Shown: piece after piece, positions 7,372-16,657 of the stretch | How the letters are laid out: each line of letters starts with the position of its first letter | Position numbering within the stretch: position 1 is the stretch's first letter | The notes under the pieces: model-generated | What the model was told of the DNA's origin: nothing | Seen by the model: only the letters and a program-made list of their open reading frames with translations | Database searches by the model: none | Source: Anaerolineales bacterium | GTDB lineage: Bacteria > Chloroflexota > Anaerolineae > Anaerolineales > E44-bin32 | Direction of reading: 5' to 3' | Assembly: GCA_037382465.1 (NCBI GenBank) | Contig: JARRPX010000002.1 | Location: 6,714 to 70,713 of the forward strand | DNA length: 64,000 nt | Translations under genes and position numbers: made by a program

Positions 7372-9975
7372 ATGAATGCCAAGGCCACGCCGGTCCGCAA
7401 GCAGTATCTAGAGATCAAGAAGCAGTATCCTGACGCGATTCTCTTCTTCCGCCTGGGGGATTTCTACGAGACCTTCGACGAAGACGCCGAGATCACTTCC
7501 AGGGAACTGGACATCGTGCTCACTTCGCGCAACGTGGCTAAAGGCACGCGCGTGCCCATGGCGGGCATCCCCCATCACGCCGCCGAGAATTACCTGGCCC
7601 GCTTGATCGAGAAAGGCTATCACGTAGCCATTTGCGAACAGGTCGGGGACGGACCCGTTGAGGGCCTCTTCCCGCGCGAGGTCGTGCGCGTGATCACCCC
7701 GGGGACGGTACTCGAAGCGGAGCTGCTGCCGGGCGACGCCAATAACTACCTGCTCGCTGTGGTCGCGGATAACGCCGGCGTTGGCATCGACTACACCGAC
7801 CTGAGCACAGCTGAATTCGCCGACACGCAGGTGGAAACGGCGGCAGCGCGTCCCGTGATACGGCAGGAGCTGATCCGCCTGCGGCCGGCGGAAGTGATCC
7901 TGCCCGAATCGCTGGACCTGGAAGACGAATGGCGGGGGCACAGCACGAAGCTGCCGGATTGGCGCTTCGAATTGGATCGCGCCGCGGAAACCTTGAAGGA
8001 TCATTTCAACGCGGCGACGCTGGACGGTTTCGGCCTGGGGAAAAAAACGCTGGCAATTCGTGCGGCGGCCGCCATTCTCGAATACTTGCAGTCGACGCAG
8101 GGCGAAGCGAGCAAGCTGATGACCGGCCTGTCGACGTACTCGCTCAGCGATTCGATGGCGCTGGACGCCGCCACACGGCGCAATCTGGAATTGACCGAGA
8201 CCCTGCGCACGGGCAAGGTCGATGGTTCGTTGCTCGGTGTCGTGGATAAGACTCTCACGCCGATGGGAAAGCGTCTGATCCGGCATTGGATGGGCAATCC
8301 GCTGCTCGACATCGAGCGCATACAGAAGCGGCTGGATCAGGTGGAAGCCTTCTACAACGAGGGTTTGTGGCGGGCCGAGATGCGCCAGGCGCTGAAGAAG
8401 ATCGGCGATCTCGAACGGCTGACGAACCGCATTTCCATCGGGGCCGCCGGCCCGAACGACCTGACCAGTTTGCGCGAGCTGCTGGGACGGCTTCCGGCGT
8501 TGATCGAGTTGATGCAGGGCCATGCGGACGGCGCCTACGCGGTAGTGGCCGGGCATTTGGACCCCTGTGACGACGTTCGGGATTTGCTGCAACAGGCCAT
8601 TGCCGATGACCCGCCGGCCACGCTGGCGCACATCGGCGTGATACGCAGCGGTTATTCAAAGGAATTGGACGATCTTGTGGACGGCTCCCATGAAGCGCGG
8701 GAGTGGATCGGATCTCTGGAAACGGTCGAGCGGGAGCGCACGGGGATCAAGAGCTTGAAAGTCGGCTACAACAAGGTGTTCGGCTACTACATCGAGGTCA
8801 CGCGCACGCACAGCGAGAACGTACCGGAGGAGTACATCCGCAAGCAGACCCTGGTCAACGCCGAGCGCTTCATCACACCGGAGATGAAGGATTACGAGGC
8901 GCGGGTGCTCAACGCAGAGGAGCAGATACGCGAGCTGGAAACGCAGTTGTTCCGCGAGATCTGCCGCGAAATCGGCGCACAGGCGCAGCGTTTGCTTGCA
9001 ACGGCTCGCACGCTGGCGCGGCTGGACGTCGTAGCCGGGCTGGCCGAAGTCGCGGCCAACAATGGATACGTGCGTCCGGAATTGGCGCAGGACGAAAGCC
9101 TCGAAATCTACGACGCACGCCACCCGGTCGTAGAACAGTTCCTTCAATCCCAGCGCTTCGTCCCCAACGACACGGTCTTCGAGGAGGGGGAACGCATTCG
9201 CATCATTACCGGACCGAACATGTCGGGCAAGTCGACCTATTTACGTCAGGTGGCCTTGATCTTGCTCCTGGCGCAGATGGGCAGTTTCGTGCCGGCGAGA
9301 TCGGCGCACCTGGGGATCGCCGACCGTATTTTCACACGCATCGGTGCGCAGGACGAAATCCACGCCGGCCAATCGACGTTCATGGTGGAGATGGTGGAAA
9401 CGGCCAACATCCTTAATCACGCCACGAACCGCAGCCTGCTGGTCCTGGACGAGATCGGGCGCGGTACGAGCACCTACGACGGCGTGTCGATCGCCTGGGC
9501 GGTGGTGGAATTCGTCCACAACCATCCGCGGCTGCGTTCTCGCACCCTGTTTGCCACGCACTATCACGAACTAACACAACTCTCCGAAGTGCTGCCCGGC
9601 GTACGCAATTACAACGTGGCGGTTTCGGAAGAGGGCGGTGAGGTCGTGTTTCTGCACACGATCGTGCCCGGCGGTGCGGATAAATCCTACGGCATTCACG
9701 TCGCCGAGCTGGCCGGCATGCCGCGCGCCGTCATCCACCGGGCGCAGGAAATTCTGGTAAATTTCGAGATGAATTCGAACGCCAATAACGATGTAAAAGC
9801 GATCCCCGCGATGCAGCTGAGTATGTTCCCGCAGAAAAATCCCATATTGGAAGAATTGAAGAAGATCGACGTCGACAGCCTGCCGCCCTTGGAAGCGCTA
9901 AATCGATTGTATGAATGGCAACAGCGTTTCCTGGATAAAGACGACGACGCGCCTGAATCGGAAACCACGACCTAA
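7372..9975 (+). CDS. mutS: DNA mismatch repair protein MutS
   Basis: 867 aa. N-terminal mismatch-binding PVRKQYLEIKKQYPDAILFFRLGDFYETF and Walker A GPNMSGKSTYLRQ. Full MutS1 length. Confidence 0.95.
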   Translation: MNAKATPVRKQYLEIKKQYPDAILFFRLGDFYETFDEDAEITSRELDIVLTSRNVAKGTRVPMAGIPHHAAENYLARLIEKGYHVAICEQVGDGPVEGLFPREVVRVITPGTVLEAELLPGDANNYLLAVVADNAGVGIDYTDLSTAEFADTQVETAAARPVIRQELIRLRPAEVILPESLDLEDEWRGHSTKLPDWRFELDRAAETLKDHFNAATLDGFGLGKKTLAIRAAAAILEYLQSTQGEASKLMTGLSTYSLSDSMALDAATRRNLELTETLRTGKVDGSLLGVVDKTLTPMGKRLIRHWMGNPLLDIERIQKRLDQVEAFYNEGLWRAEMRQALKKIGDLERLTNRISIGAAGPNDLTSLRELLGRLPALIELMQGHADGAYAVVAGHLDPCDDVRDLLQQAIADDPPATLAHIGVIRSGYSKELDDLVDGSHEAREWIGSLETVERERTGIKSLKVGYNKVFGYYIEVTRTHSENVPEEYIRKQTLVNAERFITPEMKDYEARVLNAEEQIRELETQLFREICREIGAQAQRLLATARTLARLDVVAGLAEVAANNGYVRPELAQDESLEIYDARHPVVEQFLQSQRFVPNDTVFEEGERIRIITGPNMSGKSTYLRQVALILLLAQMGSFVPARSAHLGIADRIFTRIGAQDEIHAGQSTFMVEMVETANILNHATNRSLLVLDEIGRGTSTYDGVSIAWAVVEFVHNHPRLRSRTLFATHYHELTQLSEVLPGVRNYNVAVSEEGGEVVFLHTIVPGGADKSYGIHVAELAGMPRAVIHRAQEILVNFEMNSNANNDVKAIPAMQLSMFPQKNPILEELKKIDVDSLPPLEALNRLYEWQQRFLDKDDDAPESETTT

Positions 9976-10001
9976 GAGTCGTCCGTCGGCTCCACTTGGG
10001 G

Positions 10002-11915
10002 TTATTCAACCTCGTCGGCAATCACGTCAGGGTATTCCATCCGCACGGTCTCGGCATCACCGGCGCCCAGCGCCTGCAGCAAACGTGAGATTTCATCCGC
10101 CTTTTCCTGTGCATCGCGGCGGGACCAGGTGCGGCTCTTGATTTCCAGGAAGCAGCACTCCAACCTTGGTTTGGTGATGCGGTCGATGTTGACGAAGAGT
10201 TCGACCCCGTCGTAGCGCAGCAGCCAGCGCCGGCGGTCCTTGTTGATTTCGATCGAGGAAGACGGATTGAAGTACTCCTGATAGAAACGCAGACTGTGGA
10301 TCGCGGGCGCGATGAAACGCGAGCGGGAGAGGAAGATGGCATCGTGGTATTCCCCTTCCGCGGCCGGCCCGGTGAGGGTCAAACGATAACGCACGTTGAA
10401 GACGTCGCCGTCTTCGCCGACGAACTCGTCCTCGCGGTAGCGCAGGCGGTTGACTTCCGGCGGATCGAAGGTGAAATACGTGTCGTATTCGAGATAGTGC
10501 GCCGTGCGTACGATGTCGAACTCGCCGCTGTTCAGTTTTTCGATCACCGGCGCTGCGTCGGGGATGCGCACTTTGATCTGCACCTCGTAGCTCTCTTCCT
10601 GCTCGGCGCCGCCAATGGCGATCAGCTTGGAGAGCACCGAGCCCTCGCGTTCGATGAGGAAGGAATCGATTCGCGCCGCATAATCCGCCGCTTCCTCTAG
10701 CAGCGGTTCGACGTCGATGGTACACAACTGGCGTTCCCGCATTGCCCATTTCCCGTTGATCATCACGTCCGTGACGTCGGTCGCCTTGGCGGAGTAGACG
10801 AGGCGGGAGTAGACCATGTCCGGAGTTCGGGCGAAGTGGGGGGAATTATGCACGGATTCCAGGTCGATGAGGATGATGTCGGCGCGTTTACCGGCTTCGA
10901 GGGAGCCGGTCACGTCGCCGAGGAAGAGAGCCTTCGCACCCATGCGTGTAGCCATATCGAAGACCGTGCGAGCGGGCAGCGCCGTCGGATTTTCGCCGTA
11001 CGCCTTGGCGATGAAAGAGGCCAGGCGCATCTCTTCGAACATGTCCAGATCGTTGTTGGAGGAAGGGCCGTCGGTCCCGACGCCAACGTTGAGTCCGGTA
11101 TCCAGCATGTCGGCGACCGGTGCGAATCCGGAGGCGAGCTTTAAATTGCTGGAGGGATTATGCGAGACGCCCGTTCCGGTGTGTTCCAGGGTGTGGATTT
11201 CGCCGTCATCGACGTGCACGCAGTGCGCCGCGACGACATTCACGTCCAGCAAACCCAATTTCTTCACCCAGGGGATCACCGGCATGTCGTAGGTCTCACG
11301 CCATTCTTCCACCTCTTCCATCGTCTCGGCGAGGTGGGTGAGCAGGGGAACGTCGAATTCCCTGGCCAGGTCGACGCAGGCTTTGAGGATTTCCGGTGTT
11401 GTCGTATAGGGCGCATGAGGTGCGATCGCCGGTGTGACGCAGGGGTGATCGCGCCATTTTTCGATGTAGCTGCGGGCGTAGTCAAGGGCTTCCGCGGCGG
11501 CCTCGGCGACGGAAGCCTCGTAGTAGTACATATCGGCGAAACAAGTCGTTCCGCCGCGTATCATCTCGGCGCAGCCCAAGAGGGTTCCCAGGCGGCAGAA
11601 TTCGGGAGATACGAACTCACGTTCCACGGGCATCATGTATCCCAGGAGCCAGACGTCAAGGCGTAGGTCATCGGCCAGGCCACGCAGCAGAGTCATGGCT
11701 GCGTGGGTGTGCGAATTGACCAGACCCGGCGTGATCGTCTTACCGGAGCAGTCGATCGTCTCTGCGGCGGAGTACCTGGCGACGATCTCGTCGCTCGGGC
11801 CGACGGCTTCGATCGAATCGCCGCTGACGGCGATGGCGCCGTCAGCAATCACACGCTCGTCCTGGTCCATCGTTACGATCAACGCGTTGCGGAGAATGAG
11901 ATCAACCTTTTGCAT
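10002..11915 (-). CDS. amidohydrolase (5-methylthioadenosine/S-adenosylhomocysteine deaminase-like, MtaD/SsnA family) fused to a C-terminal CYTH (class IV adenylyl cyclase / triphosphate tunnel) domain
   Basis: 637 aa. The N-terminal ~435 aa carry the metal-binding GLVNSHTHAAMTLLRG, ...HLAET..., ...VGVGTDGPSSNNDLDMFEEMR. The last 195 aa (nt 10002-10589) are CYTH-like: YEVQIKVRI..., RLRYRED..., RYRLTLTGP..., CCFLEIKSR. Confidence 0.8.
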   Translation of the reverse strand: MQKVDLILRNALIVTMDQDERVIADGAIAVSGDSIEAVGPSDEIVARYSAAETIDCSGKTITPGLVNSHTHAAMTLLRGLADDLRLDVWLLGYMMPVEREFVSPEFCRLGTLLGCAEMIRGGTTCFADMYYYEASVAEAAAEALDYARSYIEKWRDHPCVTPAIAPHAPYTTTPEILKACVDLAREFDVPLLTHLAETMEEVEEWRETYDMPVIPWVKKLGLLDVNVVAAHCVHVDDGEIHTLEHTGTGVSHNPSSNLKLASGFAPVADMLDTGLNVGVGTDGPSSNNDLDMFEEMRLASFIAKAYGENPTALPARTVFDMATRMGAKALFLGDVTGSLEAGKRADIILIDLESVHNSPHFARTPDMVYSRLVYSAKATDVTDVMINGKWAMRERQLCTIDVEPLLEEAADYAARIDSFLIEREGSVLSKLIAIGGAEQEESYEVQIKVRIPDAAPVIEKLNSGEFDIVRTAHYLEYDTYFTFDPPEVNRLRYREDEFVGEDGDVFNVRYRLTLTGPAAEGEYHDAIFLSRSRFIAPAIHSLRFYQEYFNPSSSIEINKDRRRWLLRYDGVELFVNIDRITKPRLECCFLEIKSRTWSRRDAQEKADEISRLLQALGAGDAETVRMEYPDVIADEVE

Positions 11916-12104
11916 AAGCTTCCTTTTTCAAGTGTCGAAAATTCAAGCGAATCGGTTGAGCGGGAAACCGTGCGATATTCATGAGAGAATCGTATCACGG
12001 ATACGGCTCGTTCGCACAAATTTATGTCATGTTAGACAATCACAAACGTTATGGCGGGATACGGGCCGCAAAGTATAATCGAAATACATTTCAGGAGGCG
12101 ATGT

Positions 12105-13412
12105 ATGCGCGCCGTGGACATTGTGATCAAAAAGCGGGACGGATTGGAGCTCACGCAGGATGAAATTCGTTTCTTGATCGATGGTTTCACCCGCGGAGAC
12201 ATCCCGGACTATCAGGTCGCTGCGTGGTGCATGGCAGTGGTTTTCCGCGGCATGACTCCGCGCGAGACGGCGGAACTCACACAGGTGATGGTCGATTCGG
12301 GCGAACGCATTGATCTTTCCAGCGTCGTGCCTATCGCCGTGGACAAGCACTCGACCGGCGGTGTCGGGGACAAAACCTCGCTCGTCGTCCTGCCGACGGT
12401 CGCAGCGAACGGGCTCGCAGTGGGCAAGATGTCCGGTCGGGCGCTGGGTTTCAGCGGCGGCACGTTGGACAAAATGGAATCGATCCGCGGCTTTCGCGCC
12501 GATCTGACCAAGGAAGAGTTCCTGGCGCAGTTGGAGAAGGTCGGGATCGTGCTGTCCGGACAGACGGCGAAGCTGACTCCCGCTGACGGTAAACTCTACG
12601 CACTGCGGGATGTGACCGGGACCGTGCCGTCGATACCGCTGATCGCTTCCTCGATCATGAGCAAGAAGATCGCCGGCGGCGCGCAGGGCATCGTACTCGA
12701 TGTAAAGGTCGGAAAAGGGGCCTTCATGGAAACCATGGAGCGGGCGGTCGAATTGGCGGATTTGATGGTCGAAATTGGCCGTCATGCGGATCGGCGCACC
12801 GTGGCCCTGATATCGGACATGAATCAACCGCTGGGGGATGCCGTGGGTAACGCCCTGGAAGTGAAAGAGGCGATCGCCTCATTGAAAGGTGAGGGACCAC
12901 AGGATTTCCACGCCCACTGTCTCGAAGTGGCGGGGTATATGCTGATCCTGGGAGAACGTGCGCAGGATATTGAAACGGCACGGGCGATGGCGGATTCCGC
13001 CATAGTAAGCGGCGCTGCCTACGAGAAGTTCCTGGATCTCGTCCGCGCCCAGGACGGCGATACGGACATGGTTGAGCATCCGGAAAGATTGCCCCAGGCG
13101 GCGATCGTCGAGGAAGTTACTGCGCCGGTGAGCGGAACGGTCACCGAAATCGATGCGCGCGAAGTGGCCTTCACGGCGGTCGACCTGGGCGCCGGCAGGG
13201 AGAAAAAAGGCGATCCGATCGATCACGCCGTGGGGGTGGTCGTGCACACCAACATCGGGGACCGCATCGAGGCCGGCGATCCGCTCTTTGCAGTCCATGC
13301 AAACGACGAGCAGCTCGTAAAACCGGCGGTTGAGCGGCTGCTCGAGGCGCACCGCATCGAGGATAAAGATGTAGAGCCGCTGCCGTTGTTTTACAGGACG
13401 ATCGGCATCTGA
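12105..13412 (+). CDS. pdp: pyrimidine-nucleoside (thymidine) phosphorylase
   Basis: ORF 12051..13412 trimmed to ATG 12105, which is preceded by AGGAGG (12094-12099) and a TATAAT at 12074-12079. MRAVDIVIKKRDG.ELT..EI.F.I.G...G.IPDYQVAAW and DKHSTGGVGDKTSL are diagnostic. Confidence 0.9.
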   Translation: MRAVDIVIKKRDGLELTQDEIRFLIDGFTRGDIPDYQVAAWCMAVVFRGMTPRETAELTQVMVDSGERIDLSSVVPIAVDKHSTGGVGDKTSLVVLPTVAANGLAVGKMSGRALGFSGGTLDKMESIRGFRADLTKEEFLAQLEKVGIVLSGQTAKLTPADGKLYALRDVTGTVPSIPLIASSIMSKKIAGGAQGIVLDVKVGKGAFMETMERAVELADLMVEIGRHADRRTVALISDMNQPLGDAVGNALEVKEAIASLKGEGPQDFHAHCLEVAGYMLILGERAQDIETARAMADSAIVSGAAYEKFLDLVRAQDGDTDMVEHPERLPQAAIVEEVTAPVSGTVTEIDAREVAFTAVDLGAGREKKGDPIDHAVGVVVHTNIGDRIEAGDPLFAVHANDEQLVKPAVERLLEAHRIEDKDVEPLPLFYRTIGI

Positions 13413-13416
13413 TAGA

Positions 13417-14661
13417 TCATGATTTCGTAAATGCCGGATTTTCAGAACGAGGAAGCCTGGCGGCAGCAAAAATCCCAGCCAGCAGAAAAAAACCGGCCGT
13501 AAAGGCGAACGTCGCTTGCAGGTTGAGCCAGGTTGCGATGCCGGCGCCGAGCAGCGGCGCGATCGTGCGTGCAGCGGCGCGCAGTGAATTCGATAATCCA
13601 TACACCGCGCCTTCCTCCCCGTGGACGGTGAGCTTTGCGAGCAGCGCGCCCACCGAAGGCAGTATGCCGCCCATTGCCACCCCCGCCAGAGCCTGCAGGA
13701 GCAACATCTGCCAGGTTTCGCTCACAAGCGATTGTGGTGCATAGAAGAGCGCCGTGGCAACCAGACTGCCGATGAGGATCGATCGATGGCCAATACGGTC
13801 GCCAAGCCTGCCGAAATAAATCGAACTCAGGGTCATCGCAGCAGAATAGACCCCAAAAACGATTCCGGTTATCGTATTTACACTGGAAATATCGGTGGTG
13901 AAGGATTGGATGAAGATGGGCATGATCGGCACGATCGTCGAACGCCCCAGCCGTGCGACCGTGTCCAACGTGTAGGTCGTCTTGACGCCGGGGGAGTGGA
14001 TGATGTGCCGCCAGTCGGCAAAGAAACTACGCAGCTCGATCGAGGGCGTGGTGGCTGGAACGTAAGTTTCTTCGACGCCAAAGTGAACCAGAATTCCGGC
14101 CACGAGCAGCAGTGCCGCCGTAATATAAAACGCAGCGCCGTATCCGAATGCGTCTGCGACGGCGCCGCCGATGAGTGGTCCCATCGCGATCCCAATACCG
14201 AGCCCCGTTTGCAGCAACCCCAGGGCGTAGCCGGTGCGCGCACGGGGCGCCTCTGCGGCGATCAGCGCACTCGATGCGGCGACCGAACCGGTGATCAAAC
14301 CCTGAATAGCGCGCAGCAGAACGAGCTGCTCGGCTGAACGGACGAAAGCCATGAGCAGGATGATCCCTGCACCGCCGAAACACGCCCGCTGAATCATGAG
14401 TTTTCGGCCATAGCGATCGGCAATTGCACCCCATACGGGTGAGGCGAGCATCATGCAGAAAGCTTGTGCCGAATAAACCAGGCCGGCCAGAAGTTCGAGG
14501 CTGAGCCCGGAAGTCGAGCCCAGGGCTTCGACGTACAGTGGAAGGAACGGAAAGACGCTGGAAAAGCCGACGGCAGTGATGATCTGCGCGAAAAAGGTGA
14601 CATACAGCGTGCGCCGCCATGCTTCGGAGATATGAAAATCAGCCCGTTTCCCAAACATCAT
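13417..14661 (-). CDS. MFS transporter
   Basis: 414 aa with ~12 TM segments. MFS motif A-like GAIADRYGRKLMI between TM2 and TM3. Confidence 0.85.
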   Translation of the reverse strand: MMFGKRADFHISEAWRRTLYVTFFAQIITAVGFSSVFPFLPLYVEALGSTSGLSLELLAGLVYSAQAFCMMLASPVWGAIADRYGRKLMIQRACFGGAGIILLMAFVRSAEQLVLLRAIQGLITGSVAASSALIAAEAPRARTGYALGLLQTGLGIGIAMGPLIGGAVADAFGYGAAFYITAALLLVAGILVHFGVEETYVPATTPSIELRSFFADWRHIIHSPGVKTTYTLDTVARLGRSTIVPIMPIFIQSFTTDISSVNTITGIVFGVYSAAMTLSSIYFGRLGDRIGHRSILIGSLVATALFYAPQSLVSETWQMLLLQALAGVAMGGILPSVGALLAKLTVHGEEGAVYGLSNSLRAAARTIAPLLGAGIATWLNLQATFAFTAGFFLLAGIFAAARLPRSENPAFTKS

Positions 14662-14688
14662 GCTTCACAAATTTCTCTTGGTTTTTGT

Positions 14689-16650
14689 TCAGCGCGCGAG
14701 ATTTGAAATTGTAACCGCTTCAAGCGAATCGGCAAGTTCGAAGCCGAATATCTGCGCGTAGAAGGAAAGTTCGGCTTCGAGACTTCGTTTGAGGCTTTCC
14801 GCACGCCGGAATCCGTGGCCTTCATTGGGGAATGTGAGGTAGGCGTACTGCAATTTCTTCTCGCGCAGCGCTTCGATCAAGGTTTTCGATTGGGAGGGCG
14901 GAACGATCTTGTCACGCATACCTTGAAAGACGATCAGGGGACTCGATAGTTCCTGCGTGTGATGGATCGGCGAGCGGTCGAGATACAACTGTCTTTCAGC
15001 AGGGTAAGGGCCGATCAGATATTGCACGTAACCGGATTCGAACTTAGGGGAAGCGTTGACCAACATCTCGGCATCCGCAACGGCGTAGTACACGGCGCCG
15101 GCGCGAAACAGATTGTGGAACGTGAGCGCGCACAGCGTGGTCCAGCCGCCGGCGCTGCTTCCGCGCATGATCTGACGGCCGGGATCCGTTTCGCCTCGAT
15201 CGATCAGGCAGCGGGCTGCGGCGAGGCAGTCCTCGGTATCGACGTGCCCCCATTGACCCCGCAAAGCTTCACGATAGGATCGTCCGTAGCCTGAACTACC
15301 GCGGTAGTTCACGTCGAGGACGCCAAAGCCACGGCTGGTGAAGAATAGGAATTCGGGCTGCAGGAAGGGATGTGCGGCGGAGGTCGGTCCACCGTGGCAG
15401 CGCACAATCAGCGGGGCCAATTCGTCCGCCGGGGAGTCATAATCCGGATTCGCAGGGGGGTAGTATAGCGCGTGGGCGACTTCGCTGTCGAACGTTGGGT
15501 AGTCGATCGGACGAGGCCTGGAGAGGTATCCGGCTTCGATCTCGAATGATGCACCTCGATAAACGACATTCGATGAGCCATCTTCGAGATTGATGCGGAC
15601 GACGGCGGGGCGCATTTCGAAGTTGCCACCCAGGAACCAGAGGTTCTCTTCGCCGTCACTGGCCAGGTAGGGAATCGCCGTAAAAGGCGTGTCGAGCTTC
15701 CGGAAACTACGGGACTGGGGTTCGTAGAGGCCCAGGTGCTCCAGACCGTCTTTCCAGAAGACGCAGGCGATGCGGCCCTGCGAGAGAAACGCATAGCGTG
15801 TGTAGCCGAACGACCAGGCCGGCCGATCGAGATCGGCTTCGATGTCGAAGATTCGATCGACGAGCGATCCGTTCCAGCGGTAGAGGTTGCTCCAATTCGA
15901 ACGATCCGAGAGGAAGTAGAGATTCCCATCCGGACTCCAGGATGGATTGGAGATCCACTCCGCAGCGCTTCCTGCGATTTTATCCGCTGGCGAAATCGAG
16001 CCGTCGGGATGATATTTCGCTGCCCATAGCTCCGTTCCATCCCACGGCATGCGGGGAAGATCCCAGGACAACCAGGCGATGCGGCAGCCGTCCGGGCTGA
16101 TTCTGGGGCTGGCGTAGAAATCGCTGCCTCGAACGACGGTTTTGACCTCGCCAGCACCGTCGCTTTGAACGGCCACTATATCATTCTGCACCTTGCCGTT
16201 TGAATCATGACGCTCGCGGACACAGAGTATGAACTGACCATCCGCTGCAGGAGAACCGTCCGCAAAGCGCCAGGATTCGCCGGTGGGCGGTTCGGGCGTG
16301 ATCGGGATGGGTGTACCACCCGCTGCGAGCCGGTAGAGGCGTTGATCCGCCTCGTTGGAAAAGAAAACCGTGCCCGCAAGCACGCAGTAATCTCCACCGC
16401 CGTACTCATGGACGCGGGTGCGTGCGCTGTATCCTTCCGGGATGACCTCGGCAATGCTGCCGTCCTCTCTCCGGCACACTATGGTGTTCCGGCCGCCATC
16501 TTCCGGTTTGGGCTCGATCCAGTAGACGGACCTGCCGTGCACTTGAATCTCGCGCAGCAACCATCCCCAACCAGAGCCGCATGCCGCGACGAGTTCGGAC
16601 GAGATGGGTGATTCCCAGGAGCCGTAAGGTGCGGTTCTTATGCCGGTCAT
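14689..16650 (-). CDS. S9-family serine peptidase (prolyl oligopeptidase / acylaminoacyl-peptidase type)
   Basis: ORF 14689..16734 trimmed to ATG 16650 (MTGIRTAPYGSWESPISS...). Beta-propeller N-domain, catalytic GSSAGGW nucleophile elbow, C-terminal ...FPNEGHGF. Confidence 0.85.
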   Translation of the reverse strand: MTGIRTAPYGSWESPISSELVAACGSGWGWLLREIQVHGRSVYWIEPKPEDGGRNTIVCRREDGSIAEVIPEGYSARTRVHEYGGGDYCVLAGTVFFSNEADQRLYRLAAGGTPIPITPEPPTGESWRFADGSPAADGQFILCVRERHDSNGKVQNDIVAVQSDGAGEVKTVVRGSDFYASPRISPDGCRIAWLSWDLPRMPWDGTELWAAKYHPDGSISPADKIAGSAAEWISNPSWSPDGNLYFLSDRSNWSNLYRWNGSLVDRIFDIEADLDRPAWSFGYTRYAFLSQGRIACVFWKDGLEHLGLYEPQSRSFRKLDTPFTAIPYLASDGEENLWFLGGNFEMRPAVVRINLEDGSSNVVYRGASFEIEAGYLSRPRPIDYPTFDSEVAHALYYPPANPDYDSPADELAPLIVRCHGGPTSAAHPFLQPEFLFFTSRGFGVLDVNYRGSSGYGRSYREALRGQWGHVDTEDCLAAARCLIDRGETDPGRQIMRGSSAGGWTTLCALTFHNLFRAGAVYYAVADAEMLVNASPKFESGYVQYLIGPYPAERQLYLDRSPIHHTQELSSPLIVFQGMRDKIVPPSQSKTLIEALREKKLQYAYLTFPNEGHGFRRAESLKRSLEAELSFYAQIFGFELADSLEAVTISNLAR

Positions 16651-16657
16651 ATGCGCG

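Noticed and set aside
7408-8631. 407-aa ORF antisense to mutS
   Set aside because: It lies entirely inside a high-confidence mutS frame. Its product is Arg/Gly/Pro/Gln-rich with no motif, which is typical of spurious open frames on the opposite strand of GC-rich genes.
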